In this document: positions 22,562 to 37,500 of the stretch, piece by piece
How positions within the stretch are numbered: the first letter of the stretch is position 1
How the letters are laid out: each line of letters begins with the position of its first letter
Assembly (NCBI GenBank): GCA_040954595.2
Contig: CM082576.2
Location: 5,058,760-5,122,759, forward strand
Origin: Balanoglossus misakiensis
Lineage: Eukaryota; Animalia; Hemichordata
Length of the DNA: 64,000 nt
Direction of reading: 5' to 3'
The notes under the pieces: model-generated
The model's database searches: none
What the model saw: only the letters and a program-made list of their open reading frames with translations
Told to the model about the DNA's origin: nothing
Position numbers and translations under genes: made by a program

Positions 22562-25500
22562 ATGGCGGCTCCACTGGCCAGCATAGAAGACGACGTGGAG
22601 CAGGATGGCCAAAATAATGATGAATGGCAGGACTTTCACGACTTTAGGACATCGACCGATGTCCTAAATTCAAATGACCACCCACAGAACAGTTTTGACA
22701 CGAAGGAAGACCTAAGTGTCGATAATTTCGAGGAAATGCGCTCTTTCTCGATCGAAGATCTTGTCAACAACTTTGACGAAAACCTGGCCAAATGTTTTCG
22801 CAACTACAACGAAAAGACGGAGAAGATAGCACCGGTTCAGATCATGTCACAAGAAGATATCATGAAAAACTGCAAGTAAGTATAACGGGAAACGTGATCT
22901 GAGGCATGGATTTAGTTGGCTGACCGGGGCCAGACGTATACCTGTCTGTACATCTATCGCCTTGTTTCACGTAAACAGTGACCTGAAAGATGAGAAGGAT
23001 GCGGATGCGTTTCTGTTGTCCGAACTTCCTACCTACACTCTTGTAATGTATTGTATGTGTACGGAAGCAGAGCTTCCCGTCTACAAATTATTGTCGCCGT
23101 CTTTTTTTTTCGGTTGTATTTAATCCTCTCAATATAAGACGCGGGACTGAAGTCTGGGAGACGCCCAAGTCATCATTTATTATTCGAGACACAGTAATAG
23201 TGTCAGAGCGAATGCTGTCTTGTAATTGGTTCAAATCGTAAGCAGAACAGTAATAGCTGTCAAGGCAGTAAAGCTAGCCTGAAAAGTTGCTTAATATTTA
23301 ATGATTATCTGAGGCCACATCTAGGTTTCCTGCCATTTTCCGCGAATTCCGACAAAGTTTTCATTTTCATATCCAATGATGTCGAGGAGAACACCATCAC
23401 TTTCAGGTGCTCCTGGAAAAAAAAATCCAGCAGGTTGAGTGTTGTGGCATTTGTATTGTTGTTTATCAATGTGGAGGAGAAAATAGCCAACCCCAAAATA
23501 AACAAGGAGGAAAACATCAAATTTAAAACATTTTTAAAAATACATTTTTAAAGTCATAAAAAATATCAGTATGTTGTGACTTTGATGCCTTGATAAAGCT
23601 TTTGATATTAAACCCAAAACACAGAATCTGCGTTAGTGTAAATAATTATATGATCTCATTTCACAGTTCAAATAGTTATTGCAGTCAGAGGTATTATTGA
23701 CATAATTAGGTAATAAAGGGGAAAGCTGTTAGCAGAAATATTTCCTGTTATGTACCCCATAATTTCCTGTCTGTAAAGATCAATTTTGCCATGTCCATTA
23801 GGGCTATCTGAAGAAAAATCATTGATTGCTGTAATTAAACATATTTGGTGGAACTTCCAGTTATTAATAATTACATGTTGATCTGATGTCGGCTGGAATT
23901 CATTTAAATTAAAAACCTGATGCTCTGTTGGGCGTATTGTCATTTCCAGCCATTTGTGTGGCTTTGTCTCTCTGTTTATTTTTTTTTCTTCTTCACATGA
24001 CAAATTATTCATAGTGAATAATGATTCATTATAAATAATATAGAAACATAATAATTGGAATTCTTGAATTGCTATTCTCCCCGGTAATTTCTTATACAGT
24101 ATCAACTAATTTTCACAACAATAAGTTTAATTATGTTAATGATTTACTATTGTTTTGTAATGGAACTTTGGCCAATATGTGCAATTGGTTCTTTCTTGAT
24201 AATATCACAGACATTCAAGGACTTGTTTGTATGCTATTAAAATAACAGTTATTAGTTTACGTAATTGATGCTATCATGATAATAATACATTGTACAATTA
24301 ATCACCACTCCATGACAGCATTGTTTCGAAAAAGGAGAAATTTGTGATTAAAGCCAGAGAAATAATACATTGGTAATGGTATAATGAACCTTGGATTTAT
24401 ATTTGTTGAATCACCACAGTATTAAAACTAGTTATAGATTTGGAGACTTGCTGAACGGACTACACTGTTCCTGTATTGAGCTAATTCACCCTGAAGTTTG
24501 TTTAGTTCAATCAAGGACAAGGCCTTGAGTGAACGAAAATACAATTATCAGTCTTTTGTTGGTGGGACAAGTTACTGCTCGATGGAATGAAAACATTAGT
24601 AGATTGGCAGCTGCTGAGGTAGTTGACGGCTGTGCTCAAAAATCATGCATTTACTGTTGTCACATTGTCATGTTGGTATTGGAATTTGAAACATCTATTC
24701 CAGTGAAGCGGTAAATGATACTTGCGGATTTGGTAGTTGGTTGTTCAAAACAACAGTATCACATGGTCACACAGTGAAAAGACGGGTGCCAGCTTTGTCT
24801 GTCAAAGTCTTTAATACCAGCCATTCTTTGCAAACGAAGCAAAAATAAGCTGGGTGGCCACGTAGCCTTCATAGTAACAATGCCATAACATGGGCAGTAA
24901 CGTGAGCTAAACGTTTTTGTAGTTTTTCATCACATACATTCTGTTCGATATATACACTGTAAATATTCAGACTGATATTTTGTGACAGAAAAACTAAAAA
25001 AATGTGAAAAAGTTGAACCAGTTCTAACTACAAAGACAAAACTTTGAGAGACGGAGAAGTTATTTATCAAGGTTACATAATCTCTTCATCTTAAGTCTTA
25101 CTACAGTTGTCGATTTTTTTACCCACAATCCAATTGTGATTAATTGTAGTGTGATTTGACCCCTGGCTTTAAGTAAAAGCTAGGGAGAATTGTGGCAGGT
25201 AATTTTGGTCGTTTGTTTTCTTGCAGAAATCTGAGTTACTAAATTTTCTGATTGCAAAAGCGTTAGGTCGTTTTACCATAGCAGATAGAAGAGTGATAAT
25301 GTGAAGTATCTGTTGAGATAGCGAGAGCGAGCCTGCTGGAGAAAGTTAATTTACTCGTAGATGTATGCACATATATCTTCCACTGTGTTAGCTTCAACAA
25401 ATAGGCCAACTCCCATTCATAAATCAAGCCTAGTGAAAGCACTAGGCACCAGGTTAAACCAGGTATACTAAGTACGTGCATGCTCTTTTTGCTGAGCGTA

Positions 25501-28500
25501 TTTTGCATCTAGGATATAATCTAATAATCTAGTTGCTACAGTGCGATAGTTACTGTGTGATTAATATTCTGTTGACTTCACACACGTAGAGAAGATTTCT
25601 GTCATTGTCACATTTACGGCTTTTAGTGCGTCAGACCTCTAGGATGTATCTAGGCAAGAAAATGCTAGACACTTCCACAAATATGAAAAAGCAAAGCGCG
25701 AGTTGTTGAGTCGCACTCTCAGAGTTTATTAATAATAGGCATGCAGGGAAACCGGAGCAAAAGTCATCAATTCATCATCTTTTACCTGTCAGGTCCACTA
25801 CACTTGCCTATTCATGGGTATCCAGGAGACAGTTTTCAGAAGGCATCATGGCACTGACTACCCTCGGAGCCCCATCCTTAATGAATATTAATAAGATCTT
25901 TGCAGTCGCTGCTTTGGCGGTTCATGTCTATGTTTGCATGTACATTTTACAATGATCATAATTCATTTTTTGTGCTTTGAGTTTCCTTGTACTTAGGTAT
26001 TCCATCATTTCCTTGTGACAGACAAAGCTATGCTTGCTGTAAAGTGTAATTCAGTATTTAAATATAAATGTATTCACCCTGCATCCCGAACACCTGACTG
26101 TTGCAGACAGTCTGTACATCCTTGCAAAGTAACAGATTCACCATTTTGGTTGGATGACTCCTGCCTTATTATTCTTCTGTCAGAAAAAAATATTATTTTT
26201 GTAATACACATGCTAATGATACAATCTCTTGACTTAAAATATCTTGTGTATAATGATAGTTGTGTTGAAGGTGTGTACGGATGATACAGCATTCTTATCA
26301 CATTGTCTGCTGCCTGACACTGCTCCCATAATCTTCCAGTGGAAGTAACTTCATCAAGTCACTCATTCACTGAAATAGATTTCCTCGTGAGAGAAACCGA
26401 GATACCGTGACTTCTCATGCCAACCGTTCATTAGGATTGCTCAAACTTGTGACACTGTAATGAAACAAGAAAATCACCCACAGCGTAAAGAGCAATATTG
26501 TCATCTCCAGAAATTGAATGTTGCCATAATTTTAATGACATCACAGTGCGGTATCCACATACCGATAACAGTTATTGCACTCTGCTCCTGAAGACCTGGA
26601 GGAAGAAAATTCTCGTTTTGCACGTAGAGTACGTGTCACTTTGTGTCACACACCATTGAACAGGAGATGGAGGATGTTGCCGTGGCAACGGTGCTTTTAT
26701 TACCAATTTCCGTGATGCTTTAGAGCCAGCACAAACGAAATGAATACTGCAGTCAGTTGAAGTGGGTTTTGTCGGGAGGGATTTACAAATTCCAAGATAA
26801 AATCGGACTCTTCACTTGAGATATACTCTGAAAAATATTCAGTAATTATCAGCCTTACTAATTCCTCTGAGAACAGTAAAAATTCTACTTGATCACTGAA
26901 TTTTGAATTCAGGTATGACAAAAAGTAATAATTTTTTTACTCTAATGATTTATTGGATTTGTCTGACAAAACTGGATTTTTTTTTTAGTTTCGAGTAATT
27001 TCTATATTGTGTTATAACAAACAGATTAATAAATTTATTTAACATATTTCCAGAAGAAAGTAAAAAAAAAATTGAGTCATTTACTTGACCCAAATATACA
27101 TTCATCAAGATTTAGTAGTCACTATGTATGACTAATTCAGAGATGATTAACATATTGTGGAAAGGTTTTCTTGAATGAGAGAATTGTTTGCAATATTAAC
27201 TTGAAATGATGCACGAGAAACGTGCAGAATGAAATCAGTAGATAGTTGTGAGAAAATTAATGTTTCAGTGGATCTTCGTTTTTGCAGGGATAATCTTGTC
27301 AGGCTGTTAATTATTCTGTAAATTCTTAATTATTCCTGGGCGTGCCACAGTGTAGATTCTGGAGCGATTGACCAGAATGACAAACATCCTTGAAAGACTT
27401 CAGAAGAATCTTGATGTGGAGATGTTGATTAAACTGCAGGTGATGTGTCCGGCTTCTTGGCTCTTGGCACATGTGATAAATCTTGGGCTTTGCCGTACAG
27501 CTATTGTATCAAATTCACACTCTTCCCTCCGTACGGACAGTTGCATCTTTCAGTCAGTCAGTCAGTCAGTGTGTCTGGTTCATTTCACTATTAGATATTG
27601 AAAGTGTAACATGACGGCCACTTACAGAGGAGTGATTAAGATTCGCCGAACAGTACATCAGAGTACTGTTGCTAAAAATCTAGAATTCATCAGAAGAGTT
27701 GTGGGGTAAGAACCAGCTAATCCCATCAAATGATCTGGACATTCTTCGGAACACTTCATACAAATATGTGGTCTTATTTTCCTCATCTCACATGCATAAT
27801 CATATTTTGCCAATTGTTAGATCTTCTCCCACACAAATGTACATATACAGTGGTTTACTATTTCTTGTGTGCTTAAGTTGGTAATAGTTACACAGGCACA
27901 GTCATGTTGACTCATTCATGAGGTAGGTTGCATTGGGAAGATTGAATCAGACTCCTGTCTGATGAATTCCAGACGACAAATCAAATAAATACTCAAGGCT
28001 TTGCCATCCATGCATATATCTTTGGGCATCGGTACCGACTTTACCCTCTCAGACATGCCTGCAGAAGTTGTTTGACTGTTTTATATGAGAGAGCGAGATA
28101 AGTATCAACCAACCAGTTGTAAACTTGAGGACATCAAAGAAACGCACCGAGTGTATGGTTTTACGACTGCAGTCGGTGTCTGGAAAAAATGATTGATTGT
28201 TCTACGTAGGAAAATACTGATGGAATCACGTTTTCAATGACTCCGATGTCAAAATTTAAAAGGAAATGAGATTATACATTTTATTACACAAACACACAGA
28301 CACACACACACGTACCTACCCACCCACCCACCCACAAACTCTTAATGTATTCAAATAAAAATAATTTATTCACTTGAAAATAATTTCATTCTAGCATTAA
28401 TAAAACTCTATGTGACAAACATGATTGAGAGGAAAGCTTTGAAAAGGTGGCATGGCTGCCGTAACAATCATAATTTGTAAAATTGATTAATATTTACTAT

Positions 28501-31500
28501 TTTGAGAGATGTTGCACTCAGAACTGTTTTTATAAAACAACCAGACCTTCATTTCTTTTACTGCTTTCACACAATCATCTATATCCCAACATTGATGATA
28601 ATTTTGATGTTTCAGGTCAAGTATTAATTGTATTTTTGTAAATGTGTCTCTTTCAAACTGATATGCAGAACATTTTAATTGTGATCAGAAAAAAATGTTT
28701 CGGTTAGTAGTATGTCTGTCTGTGAATCAATCATTTTTGTGACCTCATTTCATGAGAATTTCTCGTTAGATCGGAAAGTGATATTCTCTTTGAACTGTAA
28801 GTCGTGCTGATGCATTTGGTCATCAAAGGGAAGTCAGTTGTCATGGTATTTACCATAATGATTTTGCATGAGTACTATGACTGATGACATTCTCTTGGAA
28901 TATCCGCTTAAAGAAATTGGAAACATTGTAACTGATTGTTTTGATGTATGCGTAATAACTGCTACAGTTGTAGTCTGTAGTGTTGGTATTAGGGCCGGTA
29001 GCTGAAAAAAAAAAATCACCAGCATATTTTGTCCCATTTTCCCAGCCAATTTCATCAACTCTCCACAATCGAGTACTTTGTTTTCCATTGTTGCTAAGAA
29101 CAGTATCAGTTAAGGCCAAGTGTATTCACATGTAATTGATTTTGCGGCCGTGTGCAAAGTGGGTTAAGGGAATAGGGCGCAATGTCAGGCAGCGACAGTA
29201 TATTTCCATTTATACCATTACTAGTATAAAGTCCTCGTTAACTGTGTTCAGGCATTATAGAATTAGCCTTGTAAAGGGTATGCTTGACAGATACTTGCAT
29301 CTTGTGGATAACAAGATGGTCTACTGAATGATAGTTGTCCCCGGCAACATTGATACATCAATACAGTTATTAAAAAATATGCCTCGTATAAAATAAAAAA
29401 CTCATTTCCAAAGTAACTCGCGTGATGGTGTCGCAAACCTTACTGGAGGAAACCCTGGCTGGATTGTGATTAACAAACAAACAAACATTTAGTGTTTCTA
29501 GCGCTTTCAGAAGACCATCATTAGTATTTACCATACACAGAACCATCATTGCTGTGGACAGTAAATCTTACCTCATTACGAGCTTACAGCACACATTATT
29601 TCTAATACAGCTACCTGAACAACATGGCAGCGGATAAAGTTATTTTCTGAGCAGCCCTGCCAAGAAATACGACCCAAATGAGCATCAATTCACCAGCTTG
29701 ACTTGATCAGTTTATTAGAAGAAATTGGCCACACCGTTCATCTTGAGTGAAGTCGTCAGGTCAAATTATACCCAGGGAAACTAAATAAACCCAGGTAATG
29801 AAGAAGTTAAGCCTTTGAATTCAAATTTAAACCCAAAGCATTGGTACCTTTACTTTTTTAAATGGATTGGTTTCCCTGAGTGGCACTTTCGGAAGTACTT
29901 CTGGTTAACTGAAAAATGTAGATAATTCAATCAGACACCCAGACGTGAAGTTTTTCATTAGCCCCGACAGTGGTCAGCTTACCCCCCCCCCCCCCCCCCC
30001 CCTCAGAAATCCCAGGTTAGGATATCCCAGCACAGACATTCCCATGTTTAATACCTGTGTACAATCAGTTTCAAACCCACAAAGTTCTGATGAACCTGTG
30101 GGGAAATGACAAGTAGAAAACTAGATGTGAGAATTCCCATGTAGGCCATGTTCATGTGTGAGGCTTTGCACATCTCAGGTCTGGAGATGACTTGAATATG
30201 AATGCTTAATGATGTCCACACGTGAAGTTTAATTAATTCAGTCACGCATGTTTCTGTGTTTCAGTCTTCATACCATGGAAAACGTGTGATTTTTCTTCAA
30301 AAAGAAAGAGAGGGATTTTTATGTATCTCAAAATAATTTAATAGATATTAACCCTGTTGAAATTGAGTGGTGTTCTCGTGGATATATGTTTAACAGTCTA
30401 GACGTGTGGATACTGGAGTCTGTCAGGCTAATTAGATTTGCAGAGTGAGATATTGGTGAATTACAACGCAGGCAGGTGTAGATAATGTGACCTCCTTTAA
30501 GTGTTGGCAGGTCAGCCTTCAAAATTCTCAATTTCAGCCTGACCACAAGGTTTCATCATATTCTCAGAATATTAGTATCAATGGCTTTTCCAATCAGAGC
30601 TTTTGTGTGTTTTGTGGCCGGATTTCTATTCATCCATCCTGGTGATACCTTGACGTACACAGTGATAGACTGCTTGGCTCTTTCAAATCCCCAAGATATA
30701 ATTTATTGCATCAAACTTGTACACAATACAACTATTTGTGGCTTTTGTGCCTTTGTGGAACCACTTTGTATATTATAGTTAGACGTTTGACGATGTTGCA
30801 AAGCCTTCCTTTGCCAAGAAAATTAGCACCTACAACCAGAAGTGAAAATTGTACCAGTAATTCACACGTCATAAATACACATACTGATTTTTTTGGGTGC
30901 TAGTTGCCATGTACTGATGTTGCTTCATTAGCCGGGCACGAATTCTAATTTAAAATGTTCGTTTTCATCAACTACGAAATGTACTGTCGAAATCTTCTGC
31001 AAAATCAAGACTTATTTCTGTGAGACTGAATTCCAGACAGCAGATGGTTTGAAATTATAGCTGCAAAACGGATGAAATTCGAAAAAAAAGGAACAGTTTT
31101 TTTAATTTTAATAGTATTTGCAAAGTTACAACACATCAACTGAGACAATCATAACTCCACCAATGTGAGAGCTGTGCAAATTACAGTTATTGCTACATTT
31201 AATCCAGGAAATGATAGGCTCTGCGGCCTATTGGTAATAAAATTATACCTGGGAGTAATTGGCATTAGTGACACATTTGATCACACCACCTATGCGTATT
31301 ACTTCCAATCACCGTACTGTGGGTACTGATACTGTATCAAATGTATCCGTGCGAGCACTGTGGTTGTCATCGCATATACTGTTTTCAGCCAAAGTGAAAA
31401 AATGAAACAGAAATGACAAAATCTCTGTTTGAAAAAAATTCCAGTGTTTAGAATAGAAGTAAAAAAAGTGCCCCGCCCACTCACAGTCACATTTCCATAC

Positions 31501-34500
31501 ATTTGTATGATTCACGATCTCACACCAACCAATTCAACCAACGTAATCAACAACCTTGAAGCAGACATAAGCAATCACACTAGTAATATGAAAAAGCTCA
31601 TCAAAATGTTGGTTTCTTCATTTTTACATTTTTGTAAGCAGTCACTGATACAGAAGTCGACTTTCACCAATAATAATCGTGTTCTCCTTGAAGAGCACTC
31701 TGGCACATTTTTTTTCACTCTTTTGAAATGAATCACATCGCAAGAGTTCCATCACCATAACTACGCAACATAAAAATCATCATTAAATGCAGTTTGACTT
31801 GACAACATGTTTTCTCAGCTTGACCTTTCACCTGTAAAACCGCTGTGCGCATTAAAGCGTTTGTCAAGTGTGAGATACAATGCAGCTTTGTGAATTCCCA
31901 GTCGGCAAATCACAACGCTTGGTGCGTGTGTGTGTGTACAGTATTGAATTTTGCATAATTGTTGGTAGTTTACATGTGCAATATATGCAACTGTGACACG
32001 TTGGGCTTTTCTTATATGACCTTCCCACCAAGGCAGATTGAATTTTGCTAAGGTGGACTGAATTTAGACCAATACCTTTCAGATGAGCACAGATAGTTTA
32101 AAGGGGAGAGTTTACCTGGCAAGGCAACCCCCCTGTTGTGATGATGGATTATTTCATGACATACATCTATCAAACCATCAGGATGTTAGAAATGAGAGGC
32201 CTTCTGTAGGAAATTGGAACTTGATCAGAGTCTATGTGATGTAACAGTGAAAGGAGAATTGAAAGAAAATAACTTGCTTCCCTCTTATTCTGATTTTGTG
32301 GGAACTACATGTTAGTTTAGTGGCTTCTTTCAAGTAAGCAAAGACTCTTCAAGAAGCACATGGGACCAGCAATCTCGTCCATTACAAAGTAGTGGCAGAA
32401 ATGCTGCAAGTAGCACAACTTTGAAGATGGTAGTAAAATGTCTCAAGTAGCAATCACAGTAACAGATGACAGTCTTGTACAGTAGCAGAACCACTGCGAG
32501 TAACACCCTGGCAGACAGATCTTGTTGTCATTAAACAGATGACATCATCTTTTTTGTATACAGACTGAGACATTCATTCTGAAGAGAAATTGACATTGAT
32601 TGACAGCTATGTATGCCAGTTTGTGTAAATATCTAATGGATGTACATGTATATTCTATTAGTAAAATTATAAAAACAAATGTTAGCTTTGTAACACCTTT
32701 CAGTGGGCATTTACTTAGCAATTAATCATGCATGGTTGTTCCTTATTGTTTAATGTAATTTCATTATGAGAGCAACAAAAGGGCAGAATTACAATCACTG
32801 ATGGAACAGCTGTCAATCATGACTTACATGTAAGATGCAAATTATTTGAAACCTTGCACTAAATGTGCGGCTAATATTGGCCATCATTTATTTCCTGGGA
32901 AACCGTTTTAGATACCCCTTGTAATTCTACTCCGTTCTGAAATTTACATAGCTTGAATAATCGATAATCCGAATTTCATTCTGATGACTGCAGACTTATC
33001 GTTATTTTCTGCGCAAGTGGATCTGAGTTCCATCCAGTATGTCGCTGTAGAGAGCATGATTCCATTATCATTCAAAAAAAATGATTTAAGCCCAGAAATG
33101 CTTTTAAACTATTGAAGTTATGTGAAGTAGTTATCTCAAGACACGCTTGGTGGCCTCAATCTCTCTGCGCCAGAACTGATCACACATACAGACATTAAAC
33201 TTTAATGTGAATTTCGCTTTATAGCTCACGCACAGTAGGAACACCTGGCCATGCCATTAAAATGCATACAAATGATAGCTCAGATCAGTAATTTTTTTTG
33301 TAATTCCTCCACACTGACAATCAATCTTGCAAAGAAGCAATTTTCATCCATTTGAACATCAGGCAAAAAAATGGCAGGTTATATCAATATCTATTGGCCG
33401 GGACTTCCGTTGTTGGACATCTGCCAGGCCAAATATGAAACATAAATCAGAGGCAACATTCCACCTGACAGTAAAAGTTAATAACAATCTTAATATCTTC
33501 TTTCTTCTGTGTCCTAGGAAGTATGCAACATCCTTCCATCTGCGTTTGCTCATGCATCTTCCTTGTGTGACGTGCAGCCTTGCAGAGTTGAAGCATTGTC
33601 AAAGAAACCTTTTTTCTCCCGTTTATAGCTTGACACCTTGTTTGGAATGAAACAGATGGCCTCTGAATTAGCAATATCAGACAGTTTGTATCTTTAATCA
33701 TCAGCATCGTCTGAAAAAGATGACAGATAATTGAGTTTGCATTTAATATCCCCATCGCTCTGGAATGTAGCTCTCCCTTGCGAAAATTCCTGTTTGTATT
33801 AAACCTTATCTAAAAGTCACATTATATTTACATTTATAGATGATATCCTGTATATGCAGGATACATATAGCAATACAAATATCTCATACTGATGTGTTTC
33901 CCTGCATTTATGTTTAGCTGATGCATATTTGTCACTTTGAATTCTTTCATCTGCGGTGAGAATGTGTCATTTTAATTGGACGGTGCCTATTGATGGTATT
34001 ATGACCCACACAAAACATATGGCAGTAGCAGCTGTTGGATTTATTTGTGTTATTTGCATGAAGGACTCTTCCCCTAAGGATGCCCCATGATTTACTAAGC
34101 TATTTGATACAGTTTTAATTAAAACATAAGGGTTTCCAGTTTTGTGCTGCAAAAATTCCCTCTGAAAACATGGAAGTCTCTCAAGTGAGTGAAATCACCT
34201 GTATATTTGCTGCAGCAGTCTTTTATAAATTAACAGGTTTAACATCATATACATATTAACTGGCCAGGCATTGAGGGTAACAGCATATGGCTATTTCCCT
34301 GAGGGAATGTGAGTCACCCCCTCAAACCATTTGTTTCTCAAGGCTGAGAGCCTAGGGAAACAGACCTTTTTTGGGAGTGAGCCACAAACCCAAGGGAAGA
34401 CAGGTGTCACAATTTGAGCCTGAAATGTGAATATTGCCAGTCAGTGTATGTTTTGTAACAGACGTCAAACATACATGTAGATCAGAAGACAGGTGCGGTA

Positions 34501-37500
34501 TGTTTCATATGAAGAAGTCTCTTCCCCAACAGACAAACAAGCACCTCATCAGTGGAAATCACATGTGGAGCAAGTTTTGCAATATACTATTTCAGTAATA
34601 TTTAAATTTACACATCATTATTTCATGATAAATTCAGCTGGTACACACACCCTGTTATAAGATTGGGTGTTGGCTCTTTTGCCTCTGTGCTAAGTGATAA
34701 AAGTTGTGTTGGTGTGTGTCCTTTGTTGTGAATAAATCCAAGCCATTTATCACCTTCCCTTTAAATATTCAGCTCAGGTATGTTGGGCTAATCTCATTTC
34801 AAGATCAGTCTGGTCCAGATGTATGTCATGGCCAAATTGTCAGTTTTTTTCATTGAACAGTACGGGAACGTTGTCTGAATGATAGCCATCTTTGGTGATG
34901 AAACTTTCTCTTAATTTGTTTGTGGGAATATTGCCCGTGGGAAAGAGGCAGGGGTTTAATAAATTGGATTTATTCCCTAATGGCAGAGGGGTGGTATTAT
35001 TGCAGTTCTGAACCATTGGAAATGTGTGCTGGTACCTGTACTGTACCTAGAGAATGAGGTCAAGCTGAAATCAATACGCAGCAACTGAAATGGAACCCTT
35101 ACAGCATCATAGACTCAAAGCTTATTAGATGTAACATTTTCCGTTGTAATGAAGTTGTGGATGTCATCACCATGGAATCCATAATGGTTTGGTACTATTT
35201 GGTTCAATGTTTTGCAATGTAATAACAGTCATGAAAATGCCACCCAATCACGTACATTTATGTCACTATACACATTACACATGCATGTACTACTATAAAA
35301 TTGTGATCAAAAGTGTGTGCATGAATGTGATGAGCATAGTATTGCTATCCATCAGTCTGTCTCTGACTGGCAGGGTCTGATTGTAAATTTTCCACTGATA
35401 GAGTTTAGTGGATGTCACATGGGAAGCAGGTTCTATAGAGAATGGAAAGGTCATGGGGTGTCTCTTCTTTGTGTATAATGTTATGAAAGAGAATATAATT
35501 ACTCAGAAAAAATGCCCCAAACCTTTGGTATTTCTGACAATTATGTAGCATAGTCTCCCTTGGGGTTTCTTTACCTGAATGTTATGTTCACAAATCTTCA
35601 TCACTTGTGCTACAATGCATATGCCAATCCGGAGGTGGAATTACCTTTAAATTTTAATGGTCAAATTGGAACCTTTTTTTGTCAGCATGCTTGGGAAGAG
35701 TCTGTTGCAATGGATGTTGTAGATGGTGTTTCATGTTGTCAGTGAAGACTGTGGTCTTTGCTCAGCAGTTGCAAAGCATTGAAACGGTAATGGTGAGTTG
35801 TATTAAAAGAACACAAAAATAGAAATTCAAACATCAGGGATGGGCTTTTATCAAAGCATTGGCAATTTTGTGAAGATAATGCCCAGTCTGCGCAACCACT
35901 CTGTGCGTCATTAGAGACTGTAATTCCGCATCTTCTACTGATTTCTGCCTCATCCAGAAATACATTGTACTTTCAGATCTCCGCGTTTTATCGCTAATCA
36001 CTCTCACCCAAATGAGTTTTGTGGTCTTGTGTCCTTTGTAATCAGAGGAATCTCCATTGTATAATCCATCTTGCCACAGTGGGGCTCACTGAATAAACAT
36101 CCAGAGAGTGGCATAGACTGTAGGATGTAATGTTTTGCTCCCTTGTTGATGGAAGTGTGATTTTCTGGAGATGTGACTGTTATAGATGGTGATGACTAAT
36201 TAGGGCTCTGAGCAATGAATGAATCTGTGTGGAACTTGCGAGATAAGTGTATATGCAGAATCAAGTTCAACATGGCAAATGAGATAAATGTGTTGAGGGT
36301 CAGAAACTTGAAAAGCAACCATGCCTGACCAGAAAGTAATGGAAAGTGTTAACACTAACAGGATGTCACATTCAGCCAAATGCACTCAGTAAAAGGGAAA
36401 TCGTTAGAGACAAACCGATGCACAGAGCACATTTCAGGGTTGAATGAATGACGTTGGGTGGTGACCTCAAAGCATTTAAAGTGTTACTAATGATGCAGGG
36501 AAGGGCTGTGAGTGGACTTTCATTGAACAGATTATTTGATAAGCGTGCAGGGGAAACATCGAGAGACAGATGCTATTTAGACAAGGCCATCTGATGGATT
36601 GGAATGTTTGGCAGGAATGTTGGGAAAGAGAAGGCCTAAAATGTTTCATAAATTGAGTTTTCACCAAAACCAAAAGGCTAGGTGTTTCAGTTATGAATGA
36701 ATATGCATAAATGCTTCAGAGACATAAAAGGTGACTATAAACACATTGGCATTAAAATGAGAAGCAAGAGTGTAGTTTAAAAGGATTAAAAAAAAACAGC
36801 AGCTGAGGCTGAAATAAAATACTGCATTCATGACATTTTAAAATGCACAAGTGGTTTTGCTCTGATAATAAAATAACAGTTCAAGTAATCAAAAGCGCAT
36901 AAGAGGACAACATTTTGTAACCAAATTACGCCTGACCAAATGAAACGTTGTGTTCGCCTGACCAGACATTCAGACTGGTTTAATGATATCATTAATGGAT
37001 CGATTTGAAGAAACAAGCATTCAGAGATGCTTGTAGGCAAGATAAACCAATTTATTTCCTGGCATTTAGTCCATTATTAATGTTTTCCAGACATGATTCT
37101 CGTCTATTGCACCTAACTCTTCTGGGAATCCATTTAATCCAAGCACGGCTGAATACATCGTATTTGTGGATTAACCAGATGATCAATCAATACATAAAGA
37201 TTATGTTGCTTTTTTTAAAGTTGAAATATTGCATTAGGGTTCTTGATTCTGTGTGTGGTTGTGAAATCAGAGTTGATCATGTCCATTGCATATCGTACAA
37301 ACTAGTACAATTATGGCAATATGCAGTATCAGATTTTGCATTATAGATTTCACAGTGTGTCTTTTTTCACCGATGCAGCATGGGTTGTGAAATCTTGATT
37401 TCCCCGACTGAAGCAAAAGGCAGGGTGAAGCAGACACAACACTCTCATGATTAAAACACAAATGTGGCAAGACTTTGTTTGATGCTGTGAGCATCATCTC

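Noticed and set aside
25770-25800. miR-8-like sequence CATCTTTTACCTGTCAGG
   Set aside because: The match to the reverse complement of miR-8 is only partial, the seed is missing and no hairpin partner is evident.
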